DNA from: Lama guanicoe
Taxonomy: Eukaryota
Assembly (NCBI GenBank): GCA_013239625.1
Contig: MU054220.1
Coordinates: 6,494,626 to 6,558,625, forward strand
Length of the DNA stretch: 64,000 bases
Reading direction: 5' to 3'
The stretch's first letter is position 1. Each line of letters starts with the position of its first letter. The notes beneath the pieces are model-generated. The model was given only the letters and a program-made list of their open reading frames with translations, did not search any database and had not been told where the DNA came from. Both the position numbers and the translations under genes were made by a program. Positions 1 through 13,899 of the stretch are shown here, piece by piece.

Positions 1-3000
1 CTAAATTATGTACTTTTAAAGGTGACCTCTTGGTATGTGAATTATATCTCAGAAAATCTCATATAAAAGGTAACATATATTCACTGATAAAAAAGAGAAA
101 TTGTGCATGGTGGAAATAAATGGGGAAATCAGGACTAAACAATTGATCATCACAAGCTTTTCATGTATAATATTTTTCACGAACGTTTCCCTTTTTTTAA
201 TGACTTTGGAATGCCTTTTACCTAAAGGAACCAGAATTTACTTTTAGTATTTCTTTGTTTCAAGTGTAGGTGATTGCCAACTATTCGCTAGTTATTTTTT
301 TCTCTTCTTTTGAGAACCAGGCAAGGTGTCTGTGGTCACCGACACATGCTTGGTATAGTGGTCAGCCTTCTAGGGCCTGGACATATACTCCAGGAAAGAA
401 CTAGCAACTGGCAGCCTAGTGACCCCAGAGGCTCTCGTTCTCTCACCCGAGTCACTGCTGTCACTGCAGCTCACTTCAGGAACAGACGCAATGACACAGC
501 ATATGAAGATGTCCTTCATATGCTCCTTATTTGGGGGAAAATGTGGATGTGCATTTTTTTTTTTCTCATTGGAAATAGATTTCAAGGCTTCACCTCGCTA
601 CACATAGCAGGCAGGTAATTCACAGACTTGTCATTCACAAACACTGATAGTCTAGGATGGAGAATAGGACAACAGATCAATTGAAAAGCTTCATGTGTCT
701 TCTCACTAATGCAAGATTTAGTGCATTTAAGGATATTATAACAAGATCAAATCAAATTTACAGCAGAATGAACAAATGTGAATAACTAATGGAGGTCAGG
801 ATGTGCTTTCAGAGCTCCATGTTGCACCCGTTAGATCTGCGGGGAAGGGACTTAATGCAAGTTGATGTGTGATTACTCCAGTTTTAAAAGAATGTAATTC
901 AGTTTACATCTGGTTTCATTAAGGCTGTTGAGATACCACTTGAGGAATTCAAAGAGAAGAGAAATGTGAGGTGCACATTTGTGAGTGTGTGAGTGTGTGT
1001 TTACAGAAGTGTGTATCAATCCTGCACTTTGTTATAACGTGTGAATCTATTAACTCTTTAATGTGCAAAGTCTGCTATGATTTCTTCTTGTATAACTGAG
1101 AGCTGGCAGCTTTGCCACGCAAAGAAGTCATGTGATCTCTCCCACTAGACCTTTTCAGTGTGACACATTCACTGTGTGGTTGACAGGATTCCGAGAGTAG
1201 ACAGAGACTTACGGGCATGTGACCTGTTTGTTAAACTAAATTAAAATGAATGTGTTAACACTTCATCAGTTTTCATCTCTTCAGCCTCACAGCTGTTTAT
1301 AAAAGGAAGATGTTTGTGTGAGAAAAAGTCTACATAATTTTACATAAAATAAACAAACATTATCATAGTACTTGATATGCCACCAAATCATTTCATGGAC
1401 TAATGAACATGTATCTGGTTATAATCTTATGGGAATGTTTATATTGTATAGTTTACAGTTTGTAGAAACTGGGAATCAAAGTGATTTTAACTTTTTAATA
1501 ATTAAAGTATAGAAGCAAGAGCTGAAGGAACTAAGAAAATCAAATCAAATCACAATTATGAAGCCCCTATTCTATCACTATTTGAGAAGATTCTAAATGT
1601 CAATATATTTAATTCTTCAGAAATCATAGGAGGTGGACTTTATTATCTCCATTTCACAAAGAAACGTGAAGTTTCCAGGTCACATGCCTAGGTCTCAGCA
1701 GATTTTCAATTCAGTGCAACAGGTTTCAGAGCTTACATTTTTACTTTGGGCAACATATTCTAAATACCATCATGATGCTGGGGAGATAGTCTGCTTTAGC
1801 TTTTGTTATGAAAATGGAATCATCACTGTCTTGCAGCCCTTGATTAATCTCTTAATACTGTAGCCACCCTCATGTTTGATTTGCCACATGTGTTTTCAAA
1901 AAGGTTACAACTCATTATTTGGTCAGGGCACTGGGAAAGCCCAAGATCAAAAGTAATCTTGATTCAAACAAAAACATGCTGTGGAAAGGAAGGCTGGGTT
2001 TCCTTCACATACTCAGTATTGTTCCCAGTGCAGGACCAATTATAACTCTCCCTGATCCTGCACCTGCCACACACACACACATTGTCTATTCTATAAACTG
2101 TCTATTACACTTATTTAAATCTAAACACTGTATGATGTGACATAACAGAAAACATTCTATATACTATATATATACATCGTATACTTAGAAATGCAAGTGC
2201 AAGATAGTAGGCAAAGTTCTCGAATCAGACAGCTAGGGTTTTAATTCTGATTGCATGACCTTAACATTCCTAAGAAAAATAAGAGTGGTAATAATTGTTT
2301 CTACCTTTGTTATTAGATTAAATGAGATTATATATGCCAAGTTTCAAGTAATCCATCAGTGTTATTATTAGCAATAGTCACAAGAAATCAGGTTTGAAGA
2401 ACCCAAAGGGTCTATTCCCATTTATCTTCTCTCTGAAACGCGAAGATCCTAGGTTTTGGAGCAAGGGATTCAGCAGTGTATCCTCACAAAGCCTAAATTG
2501 GCTACATTTTACATATCAAAGTGGTGGGACTTGGGGCAATCAAAGGGCATATGAAAATAGCAGAGTAATTCTTAAACTGTGGTTAAGGTCACCATAGAGA
2601 TGCTGGAAAAGCTCTGAGCAAACTTCTAGCTATTGGAGGTGATTTTTGAGTTCTGTGAGGATGTTGCTAGTGCCCTAACAGAGAATGAAGACAGCCCTTT
2701 TTAGGTCACTCCTGTTCTGTTGGAATATTAGATTTTTTTGTCATTAATTTTTAGAATCCGCAAACACAACTTGCTGAAAATTGTCAGAAGACATCAAACA
2801 AATGTGTTTTGAGTTGAAGCTGCCCTATGTTTCTCAGCTTTTTCTGAAACTCTGAGCAGTTCAGTTTGGCATTTCAATCTGTCTCCTCTTACGTTTATAT
2901 TGGAAAAAAAGCAAACCTGGTAGAAATGTTGATTCCGAGCCTGGAGAATGGTTAAAAGATAAATCTTTTGTTCGCTTTCTTTTTGAGATGCTTCCTTCTT

Positions 3001-3214
3001 CTCATCTGAAGTGTGTGGGAAGCCTTGCCTGTCTAATCTTTAGCATTTTGATGAAATTGCCATAAAAAGCTTTTCTGTGTTTCGTGTGAATCTTTATCTT
3101 AATTGGAGGTTGAAAGGAGGTTAAAGGGGGCTGTCTTCCCGGGAATGTTTAAAGTATACCGCTCCGGCATAGAGACGCTGGCCAGCTAAGGCGGTTTCTT
3201 CTTAAATTGCTTAG

Positions 3215-3430
3215 TGGTTAAATGCGTAGCCTCAGAGCGAACCTGCCCGGTTTGAAATTTTGCCTTTGACATTTACTAGTTTAACTTCTCTAAAACTCTG
3301 ATTACTCATCTGCAAAATGAAAGTAATAATAGCACGTGCTTCATAGAGTTGTCACGAACAGTAAGTTTGCTACTGCCTAGGGAACACGTAGAACACTGCG
3401 GGGTCCATGGCAAGCATCACTACATGTTCA
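3215..3430 (+). mobile_element. MIR SINE fragment
   Basis: Degenerate MIR core: 'ggtttgaaattttgcctttgacatttactag...actcatctgcaaaatgaaagtaataatagcac...catagagttgtc'. Confidence 0.7.
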
Positions 3431-3699
3431 GGATTCCTGAAGCTTACTTTAAGCTTCTTTTGCCAAACTCACTAAAGACGCACTAAAGTCTGTGAGAAAG
3501 GAAACTCGCCTCTAAACCACACTGGTCTGGGTTTGAAATGGGACTCCTTCACGCAGGAGCTGAGTCATTTTAGGCCATGAGCACGAGTAGCCTTTGGTAA
3601 CTCATCTCTAAAACAGAGCAATGATAAGGTCCCCTTTGTATAGTCCTGTAAAGATTAAATGAGATGAACTTACACTGTCACTGTGAGTTGAAGCCACTG

Positions 3700-4355
3700 T
3701 TATTACCTTGCTTTCAGGGTTGCAGGAGCCTGTAATTGGTCTCACAGCCTCCATTCTTATCCACTTATAAGCCACTCATCATGCAACAGTCTAAATAATT
3801 TAAAATATAAATTAAATTGTGAGACTGTCCTGCTTAACAAATTTATTGGTTTTCTATCGTTTTGGGAATAAATGCCAGTCTTACCACCATGATGTATGTG
3901 TCCTTGCAATGATCTGTCCTTGCCTGAATTTCTAAGCTTATCTTGAACACTGCCTACTCCCTTGTTTAATGTATTCCAGTCACACTTGCCTTTCCTTATG
4001 ATCCTAGAACAGTCCAAATTACTTCTACCCCAGGACCTTTGCACATGTTTATGGCCATCAAATTCTGGGCTCTACAAAAAGTTGGTGTTCGTGCATCTCT
4101 GCTGAAAGTCACCTCTTCAAAAAGTCCTTTTTACCATCTACTCTAAAGTAGGCAACCCTCCAGGATGACCTACATCATATTTCATTGCTTTAGTATGTGT
4201 TGTCATGCTTTATAATTATCTTAGTTATTTATCTCTGTACTTATGTATCTGATGCTTGCAGGCAGAATCTTGTCTGCGTTGGTTGTCATTATATTCATAG
4301 TGCCTGGCACATAGTAATCCTCAATGTGTATCTTTGGAAGGGAAAGTGAGTGAAA
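3700..4355 (+). mobile_element. L2 LINE 3' fragment
   Basis: 'caggacctttgcacatg' body motif and the typical L2 terminus 'atagtgcctggcacatagtaatcctcaat...gtgagtgaa'. Confidence 0.75.
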
Positions 4356-4419
4356 GGTAAAAAGAATGACAGCATGAAATGTGCTCGACATATTTGAGCA
4401 GGATTAAAGAAAAAATAAT

Positions 4420-4495
4420 CACATTGTGCACCTTAAATATACATAAGTTTTATTTGTCAAATATTCCACAATAAGCTGGAAAAGTTTAAAAAAAG
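4420..4495 (+). mobile_element. Very short 5'-truncated L1 3' end with A-rich tail
   Basis: 'cacattgtgcaccttaaatatacataagttttatttgtcaaat...caataaagctggaaaa' L1 terminus; near-TSD aaagaaaaaataat (4406-4419) / aaagaaaaataat (4496-4508). Confidence 0.65.
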
Positions 4496-5429
4496 AAAGA
4501 AAAATAATAAAGACGAAGATTTATATGGAATAGGCAAGTCTTACTAACAATTAGAGAATGCCGTTCATCAGAATCTGGACTCTGGAATGGACTTCTGGGA
4601 AGGAAAAATGGAGTAGACCTTTTAAAGCTGAGTCTGAGAGCTGTCTCTCAGGAGGAAATCAGTCTCTCTCTCTCTATCAAAGGGGTGTTGCTTGGCTGTC
4701 AATCTCTCGACTTGTCCATTAGGTAAGCACCAGGCTGGATGAAGGTTAGCCACTGTGCCAGGACTTTGGCACCATGCTACTTCTGCCACAATCACACCAC
4801 ACTTAAGACATTGAGTGTTCAAAGCAGGATGTGGTACCCAGTTAGGTCTCCACGGGCTTCAGCAGGCTAGTTGGTCAAGTCAGGATTTGGCAGGGCCATC
4901 TCTGCCTTATAGTCTCCATCATTTCCTCTTTTACTGAGCAGCAAAGTGTCTGCATGGATAATCTTATTTCTTTGCAGTCTGCATCATGGCACTTCTATTT
5001 CTAGAAGACCAGGATAATACTTTCTCTCCAAATCTGTTCTTGAAGACTCTTGTCTCACTGAAATTTCTTTTCCTGTCTCCACCAGCTGGACACTCAAAAA
5101 ACATTATCTCAAGAGGACCTATTTTAGTTTTGCTATCCATCATCTGGAGAAAAAAAATGTGAATATTCTGGTCTAACAATTGTGTGTGGCTGCTTCAGAG
5201 AGAGAGAGCATGCCTGGTGCAATGCCTCCTGTTTCTCACAAATGTCACCTGTGAGTGACTTCTCCGGAAGTCACCCTCCCACAGGCTGCCTGAGGGGGCA
5301 GGCATTTGGGGCTGTGAAGGTAGCGTGTACGCATATATTGTCAGCAATACCAATGCTGATACTCAGTTTTCATGGCTGACCTTATTCTGGGTACCATTCT
5401 CACAGCCTCCCATATTTAGTTCACTTACC

Positions 5430-5560
5430 CTCACATTCACCTGATGAAAAAACTGAGGCACAGAGAGGTCGATGGCAGTGTCCAAGGTGACCCAGGAAGC
5501 TGCACAGCGGAGATGGTAACCAGATGATCTGGCTTCAGGTGGTTTGCTCCTAACCACTGC
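5430..5560 (-). mobile_element. MIR SINE fragment
   Basis: Reverse MIR core 'gatgaaaaaactgaggcacagagagg...tgtccaaggtgacccag'. Confidence 0.7.
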
Positions 5561-6289
5561 AGGCTACACACTTGACGGTGGTAGTCTCACAGCGTCTGTG
5601 TTTCTAACCTGGGTCCGTGGGATGCAGAGTCTGTCACACTTATCAAAAGACAAGTTTACAACTGTATTTTTAAAATGTTAATCATTTAAGAATAATAGTC
5701 TCTGAAAAAAAAATTGCTTCCTATTTGCTTCCAAGCAAAATTTCAGGCAAATTACAATTCGACATCTAAAGCTGTCCAGTGTTTGAATCCTTGTTACCAA
5801 AGCAACTGCCTTTTCCTCAGCATCTTAGATGACATTTGCGAAACTAAAAGATTTATATTGACTGTATTCTAGAATTCCTGTGGGGTTTTCAGGTATATGG
5901 GATCCTCAGAATGGCAGATACATAGAGTGAACCACCCAGCCTGTCGGTCCGATTGTCTGTCTGTATCTCATTCTCAAGATGACAAGAGCAACGAAAGATA
6001 AAACAGTAGAAGGGCTGAGTTTAAGGACTCCCTGAAGAAAGGAGGCCTTACGTGATGAGTACAGTCCAAGAAACTGATAAAAGTAGTCTATTTTCAAAGC
6101 AAGAGTTTCTGATAACTTAGAATCAAAGTTATATAATCTCATACCCTTTTGATACGTTATCAGTTATGTGTGCACGTGTGTATATAGTATGAGTCTCTGA
6201 GAGGCTCAGTTTATTATTAAATAGCCATTTGGGAGGAAATCATCTTTATGCCACAGAGTTTCCATTTCAAAGAATATTGGAGACAACAA

Positions 6290-6480
6290 CATTTCTATCC
6301 CAATTCTGCTAGTTACAAGCTGAAGTCGATTAAGGAAGGCACTGAACCTCAGTGGTCTTGTATCTGAAATGGGAAGAGAAGAGCTCTACTTTAGGGCTCT
6401 TTTGAGGATTCATTAAAAAATGCATGGAAAGTGCTTTTCAGTGCCAGGCCTGATACATAGAGGACACTCAGCAAATGGCA
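6290..6480 (+). mobile_element. MIR SINE fragment
   Basis: 'cctcagt...tatctgaaatggg...tgaggattcattaaaaaatgcatggaaagtgctt...catagaggacactcagcaaatg'. Confidence 0.6.
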
Positions 6481-6689
6481 TTTAGTAAAAGGGAGTCACT
6501 ATGCAGATAAAACAAAATCCTTAGTTTCAGGCTGATGGTTTAACTTGAGAGAGGCCAGCAGAATTAAGTCCCTAATTAACAGGGGAGCTAGTACTCACCC
6601 TGTATAGATGGACTATGAAGAGATGGTGGGAATTCCAAATAATTCCCTACAGTGCTCCTCACTGGTACTCTGTGTGTCAAACAGAAAGC

Positions 6690-6690
<1 letters not shown>

Positions 6691-6722
<32 letters not shown>
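6691..6722. repeat. (AC)16 microsatellite
   Basis: Perfect dinucleotide run read directly. Confidence 0.97.
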
Positions 6723-6725
<3 letters not shown>

Positions 6726-7040
6726 CCCCCGGTATCAGCAGAAGACCAGTTCTATTTTATTTTATCCCTGAACTCAGCGTTTTGGGCCTTTTCATCAATT
6801 CATTCGTGGTGACTTGATTCAGTTAGGTAGGAAATAGAGAAAGAATGGAACATTGGACACTGTCCATTCGCAGAAGAGTCAGGGTGCCCAAGAGGACATC
6901 AACAAATTCTGGAGGGGGCCCAGGATGATGGGGTACCAAGTGTGGAGCAGAAAGCCTCCTGGGAGGACACAGTATCCTATAGCTAATTTTTTTCCCCCAC
7001 TTTGCTCTAAAAATTATACTACAGTTGCTGGAGTTGAGGA

Positions 7041-7073
<33 letters not shown>

Positions 7074-7082
7074 CGCGCGCGT
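7041..7082. repeat. (GT)12 plus (GC)n compound microsatellite, 42-bp alternating purine-pyrimidine tract
   Basis: gtgt...gtgtgcgcgcgtgcgcgcgcgt read directly. Confidence 0.95.
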
Positions 7083-7647
7083 AGGTGGAGCAACCAAAAG
7101 CATCCTGGGTGCTTGAAGAAACTCAATTTAGAATCAAAACACCCCAAATGTACAAAAGCAAAGAAAACCAGCATGGCTAATTTTTGTAAAAACAATTCTG
7201 AATAATTAACATTTTTCAAGAAAATTTATCCATGCTAACTAACATCTTAAAAAAAAAAAGCAATGTATAATCTCCTTCTGAGATGTTTATCAATTTGTAA
7301 AATGGAAAAGTTGTCAGTTAGCATACCAGAGAAAGAACTTCAGGTCTTTGAATTTGTAAATTGGAAGATATTTGTAGGGGGTGAGGAATATTCACAGATT
7401 CTCAGCAAGAGACAATTCATTCTAAATCAGAAAACAAAACAAAACAAAAAACAGCTTGGATATCATCTTCAAAAGTATAGTTTATCATTTTATTCTAAAG
7501 AACCTCTTCTAATAATTGACTTTTCCCGGGAAATAAATACATTTTCCTCCCACAGAAGTGAACTTAGCGTTCTCAGAAATGAAGGTTTTGAAAACCTTGT
7601 AAATGGGTATTTTTTTTTCAGGATCTAAAGAGTTAAGCCTGGAGCCG

Positions 7648-7661
7648 CCACTAGGTGTCAG
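7648..7661 (+). promoter_or_regulatory. Candidate CTCF binding site
   Basis: CCACTAGGTGTCAG matches the CTCF core CCASYAGRKGGCRS at 13/14 positions, in apparently unique sequence. Confidence 0.55.
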
Positions 7662-10600
7662 GTTGGGATCGCTTTTGGAAACACAAGCTCCCTCACTGGT
7701 TCCAAACAAGAAGAGGCTCCTTCTAGGTTAATTTCAGCTACTGTTCAGTTTCTTTAAATAGAGATTCTTACTCTGCACATGTCAAATCTTCAGAATCCTT
7801 TGCTTTGTCTTACAGGTATTTACAGCCATTTAAACTTTTCACCCCACCACGCAGGCCTAGCAGGGAGCAGATTTTGAACTAGGGAAGGTTTGACTTCATG
7901 GGTCCATGTTGCAGAGAGAGAAGGCTCTCTTAGCCTTGAAACCACCAAATCTCCTTTAGTTCCCCCATCCTAGGATACCTGAAATTAACATTCAAGCTGA
8001 CAAATAATCTTGCTCTTACTATAAAAACTGCAGCAGGGAGGCAATTGATTGCTACCCCTAGATAAGTTCCATACATGGAAATTCTGGGGCTCCTGCTGGC
8101 TTTCTTCATCACACCTCCTCATCTCCCTCTCTCTGTGCATCTCTTTCCCAGCTCAGGTCTTCAGCATTCTTCTCCTTGGGTCATTCAGTTAACTTAGAAA
8201 AAATTTCACCAATAAAATGGTCCAAACTGGATTGTTAATCTTTCAACAGTTTGCCAATTCCAGGAACACTGTGTTTCAAAAGAAGATAGTTTAGGAAGGC
8301 TATGTTTTGACCACGTAGGATGGCAATTTAGCACAAGTAAACTAGGTGATGACGGAGGAGGAAGGATTGTTTGAAGCCCAGGGGGTGGTTTCCACATTAC
8401 TCTGATTTGGAAATATTTCACATGGCTCCCTATCCTGCTCTGTCACTAGGCATGCACAGGTATTTAGTCACAGTTGTTAATACAACCTGAAGACTTTTTT
8501 TTTTTTTTTGGAATTGGATAGGTTAACACTACCTGAAACAAAAAAGTAAAATAACAAAAGGAAATTATGCCAAAAAACCCCCTGTTTCTGGAGGAGAACA
8601 AGTCTCTGTCTGAACTTATAAAAGAAAAGCCATAAGGAAAATGCAGAACCAGATAAAACCCTAGAGGAGTCACATTGCAGCAAAGCAGGCACACATTGCC
8701 AGGATCTGAACACCTGTAGAGAGCCTCATTCTACTGTGAAGGGACTGTCTTTTCCCTTCCTGGAAAATTTCCGATTTTTAATACATTTCTGAGTAATCCA
8801 TTCATACATTCCTTCCTTCAAAATTTATTTAGAATACCTTCCAATAGTCATCATTATTCTAGGAACTCAAGACATGACACTAAACAAGATGGGGATTGAC
8901 AGTGTCCCACCTCTGTGAAGCTTACATTCCAATCGGCGAAGCAGGCATCAAAGAACTGAGAAAAATATATAACTTACTTCAGGAATGAGAAGTCTATGAG
9001 GAGAGTCAAGCAGGATTAAGAGCTGGAGATTCACAAGACAACAGGGCTTTTCATATAAGCTTTTATAGAAGTAAATGGGATGGAAACAAGCCAGAAGGTT
9101 TAGGCTCGTTGGCTGTATAATCATGAGCAAGTCCCAGAAGCTTGGTTTACTCATCTTTAAAATGGGAATGGTGCTGAGGGATTTCTGTGAACTCTGGAAA
9201 GACCTCCGAGCAGGAGTTTCAATTTTAAGGAGCCAGACATGAGATCTATGAAAACACTTTGCAGAGAGAAAGTCCAGCATGTGGAACTGTCTCAGCCAGG
9301 AATCATGGGAAAGCCAGCATGGCTGGAGTTTCATAAGCGAAGGGTGGAGACGAGGGGAGGTGAGTTCACTGAGAGATTATAAAAAATTGTAGAAAATGCT
9401 CCCAGTGAACATTTCTAGCACAGATCACAGCCCATGTGACTGTTCAACAAACCTATCCAAACAGTCCCCATTGTACCTGGAGTCAAATTCAAATCCCTTA
9501 CCAACTCCTTGCCACAGAGCCCTATGGATCTTTGCCTCCTAAGGTCAAGTCGTACAAATGGAGGTGCCCAGAATGTTCCGTTGAGTGAGCGTGTCAGTCT
9601 GTCCAGAAGAGGAATCACATGATGGCAAACTCTGCGAGCTGCCGTTCAGCCTTTCCCAGCGGCTCCATTCCTGTTGGCAGAGCCAGCGTCCCACTATGGG
9701 GTTGCAGCCCCCTGGGTCCCCAACTGCGGCACCTTGGCGGGTCACCCAGTTCTGGCCAATAAGACAGGAGAGAATATATGAGAGCATTTTTCTTTCCTGC
9801 TAAAGAGACACACGAGGCCTGCCAACCCCTTCCTGCTTTTGAGCACTGGAATGTGTGGTTGAGGCTCTGGGAGCTGCTGCAGCCGTTTTCCATCAAGGGG
9901 AAAACCATCCAAAGCTGAGGATAGTGGGAAGATGGAAAAACCCCTAGGTTTTTGGAGATATGATGTAACCATTGAATAAACTAGAGAATAATCATCTCTT
10001 GATTTACTGTTTTAGAAATTACTAAGTGCCTTACTATTCAAATCTTTTTTCTTTTTAAATTCTCATAGTTTTACAGAATGTATGGTAGCTGATAAAGTTG
10101 TCCTTTTTATTGCTATGTAGTCGGTGCCGTGCAAGGACATCAAACCACACTTAGTAAACATTTGTTTGTTAAGCGAATTTATCAAGATGTAATTCTTCAA
10201 TAAACAAAGGCATTCATATCTTACACTTTTAGAGAAATTTTAACCCAAGAAGGGAATAACTAGAACAGTAGTCAGGACACCTGAGCTCTAGATTTTACTC
10301 AGTACTGAGCTAATTAAGAGTGGAGGGCACATGGGGGGTCCCAGGAGACTGGCTTCTACTCTTTGATATGCGTGTGAAGTTTGAACTACATGTTTGTCTC
10401 CCTATTATATCTCTGGGACTTTTACTGCATCAAGTCACCCTCCTCACCAATATCTCAGCAGCTGGAGCACCTGGAATAAAAAAAAAAAAAAACTCTGAAA
10501 ACAGACTCTTTCCCATAGGCCAAAGTTGGCCGTATTTTTTACTTCCTGTGACTCCCCTCCACATCTTGTTTAAAATGCTCTTTTCAGGAAGGCTCACCTT

Positions 10601-12447
10601 GCCCGGAAGAGGTTCACGTCCCTTCTCTGTTTGGATTCCAGTTTGTAATTAGATTCTGAAATGCTTGTATGACTTTCTCTTTGAAGCAAATGCTTCACTT
10701 TACATTCAAAATGTGTTTATTGACATTTTCTAAATCCTGAAAATGTTGATGTTGATAACAGATATTTAAATAGTTTCTTATTTTTTACTTCCTGAAAAAT
10801 TAAAAAGATTACTATCAATTATACCTGGGTAACTGTTATATAAAAATATTTTTAACCTGAATAACTGTCATAATTATTCATAGTAATATAGATTTCCATC
10901 ATAATACTATTTTTTAAATGGAGGACGTTAATAAAGAATCTTAGAATGAAGTATAGTACATGAGTATATTTCATGTTAGGAATCGGATAGCAGCTGAGGC
11001 ATATACAATGGAAGAATAATATAAATTTCATTATTCAAACATCTATGGAACCATCCATTGCCAAAATTGTTTACTAGTCTTTTGTTACTTTTGTCATGGA
11101 TTCTCATAAATGACTTATAACATACTTAAAAATAATGAGCATTTTAAATACCACCCAACTTTTTTTCACAGAAAGTTTCTACCCCTATCTTTCTCAGGTA
11201 GGAAATAAAAAAGAGAATGATCTTGAGCTCAAGATGCTTGGTGATGATGACAGCAACAGAGGTAATGGCAGTGATGGTGGAGGTTGTGGTGAATTTTATT
11301 ATTATTGATACCAGTTCTCATTTATTGAGCACTTACTATATGCCAACATTGTAGTGAGCTGTTTACTGGTCATACATCACTGTTATTCCATGAATTAGGT
11401 AATATTATTCTCATCTTATCCAAAACTGACACCTGGAATGACTAATGGAACTCCTTATTTTAAATTGTCTGATGGGAATAAATACTGAGAGAAGTCACTT
11501 CAATGAGGGCTGGAAACCAGTGAACAGTGAAATGGCTGAGAAGAATTCATCATCTAATATGGCAAATGATAACAGAAAGAAGTATCTATTGTCAAGGAAA
11601 GGAAATTCTATCTCTTTCTGGAGAAAAAAAACCAGTTTCTGTATTTTGCTAGTAAGGAGTTCAGGAGGAGCCCTACAAATTTCCCTCGAAATACTAAATT
11701 CTCTAGGGAACAGAACACAATGATGTGTAGGACAAGCAAACAGCTTTTCCTTTCTTGTTATTTTCTGGAAGGTATTTTTTAGCATGGTACCAGTTGGGTT
11801 GCAGAGTCCAAAAAAAACCTGATAAGCCTGTCTTCCCAAATGTCAGGATAAGCATCAGGATCCACCACCTCAGGCATCTCTTAGCAATAGAAAGATCTGA
11901 ACCTGGGCTGTATCAGCAAAAGAGCTTATTTTCTAAAATAGTGTTGTCTTATATTGTATCCATGAAGGGTGCTGGTGTGCATCGAGATCTGCAGGTGAAT
12001 CCACTGACAAACAACAGCAACAAATCCTTACTTTATTGCAGTACACCACTTAGAGTTAAATGCGACTAACTTGACCCCAGAGAAATGGTCCTTCCATTAC
12101 AGAAATTCCTCGATTCAGATCAAGGCTCACTGTCTTATTCTTAAGGTTTAGGCCAGGGAAACAACAGAAGGAATTTCAAGCTGAAGAATGAAGAATCAGC
12201 TTTAAGACTTTAATGTGCATCTTCCTTTCGGTCCTCTGTGCTTACCACAAGATAATTAAGGTGTCTCACCAGACAGTTAATTTTCTACCTGCAGAAAATT
12301 GGGGACAGGAGTTATTAAAAATTGTTATCACTGAATGATTAATTAGATCCTGGCGTTAAATGAACGATCAGTCCCTGGTGAAGTTGAGTTGAAATCTCAA
12401 AGAAAACTTGAGACCTGTTGGAGAATAACATGAGCAGACATGTGTTA

Positions 12448-12545
12448 TCCCATCCATCCAGCCAGCAAGCCATCCGTCCAACCACCCAACCACCCATCTA
12501 TCTATCCATCTGTTCATTCTTGCATTCATTTATTCATCATTCATT
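12448..12545. repeat. Degenerate (CCAT/CCAC/TCAT)n low-complexity tract, probably an L2 tail on the minus strand
   Basis: 'cccatccatccagccagc...accacccaaccacccatctatctatccatc...cattcattt'. Confidence 0.65.
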
Positions 12546-13899
12546 ATACAACTCCCAAAACGGAGACCTTCTGATAAGTGTTAGGTAATTATTAGTGAAC
12601 AAATACTGATCTCCCCTCTATTTAATGATGTGGTTTTAATCTTTCATCCTCCCAGTCTATATGCCCTATGAATTTTGATGGACTCAACTAAGAAAATTGC
12701 AAATTGTTGTTGTGGTTCATAATATAGATTCTCATCATCACACTACTGTTATGTTGATGAGTCTCTTTGGATGAGGCGTTTAACTTTCCTCTTCCTCATC
12801 TGAAAAATGAAAGAGCCAGCCTAGTTGATTTCCGACCAGTGTTCTTGTTTATAAATGCTGCTGTTGCTGTCCTTTCCTCCAAAGTTAGCTGTGAGCCCAA
12901 GGAGTGTTTCTCTCTTTGAACAAAATGCTCCATATCATCAAGAAACACTTCACTTGAGGGAGAGGCATCTTTAAACTTCATATGGACCTTAGGTGGAGGT
13001 GCTGGTACACGGAGAGTAGTAGGTTTTGAAAATACTCACATTGGCATTTACAAATGTCATAGAGATAATGTCACTTGAATATAGAGTACATGCAACACGT
13101 GTTACTCTAAAAGCCCAGGAAAAAAGAAGCTGATTTAAATGAGCAAACCGGGGCACTTGGAGAGCTCGGGTAAGAAAACTGAGCAAATCTGTGATAGAAA
13201 AGTAAATATACATACAGATACACAATTCCCTAATATCCATGAAAGGAACTTATTATTCCTAGGCCCATTTTATGGATAAATAATAAAGAGGCTGGTAGCC
13301 TGAGGTTGAGAAGAGAGACCCCTCCACCTTCATCTTCATGTCCTCAGACTCATCTAAATTCTAAGACCCAGCTGAAATTCTTACTCTCACAAAAAAGTAC
13401 CTTGGGAGTCACTCCCCGTAAAGGAAGTACTTGTGTCTCACATTTATCTCTGGTATTTTTAGTTTATGTCAGTGTTATTTTGCTCCTTCAATGAAGTATT
13501 TTTCCAGTTAATAAAGTGTCTGCATTCATCTTGTTTCTACCACTCAAGATAGTACTTCACACATAGTAGCTAGGAAAAAAAATGACTAGTAGTTCTAGTT
13601 AGTTTGTTGTCAGAATTGCAGCCCCCACCAGAGATTACTTAGGATGATGAAATTATTTATTGGCAGTTTTCCCATGTATATCATTGTGATTCCATGGATC
13701 CTTTACTCAAAGAATTTTTTAATGATGTCCATTAAGAAAAGTCCATAAAAAAGTGTCCATTAAAGAAGTGTGAATTTAGTGGATTTAATGGAAAACCGTA
13801 GATTTATTTTCTAAAATTTGCCTTCCTTTCTATGGTTCTTCTGTTATTTTTTCACATTTTTTTATACTTAGGTGAGAAGATTCATATATACAATCACAG

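Noticed and set aside
12796..13040. Protein-like minus-strand frame (..PAPPPKVHMKFKDASPSSEVFLDDMEHFVQREK..) as an exon or processed pseudogene
   Set aside because: No recognised homologue, no convincing splice-site pair, and its end overlaps a MIR-like 'ttcctcatctgaaaaatg'
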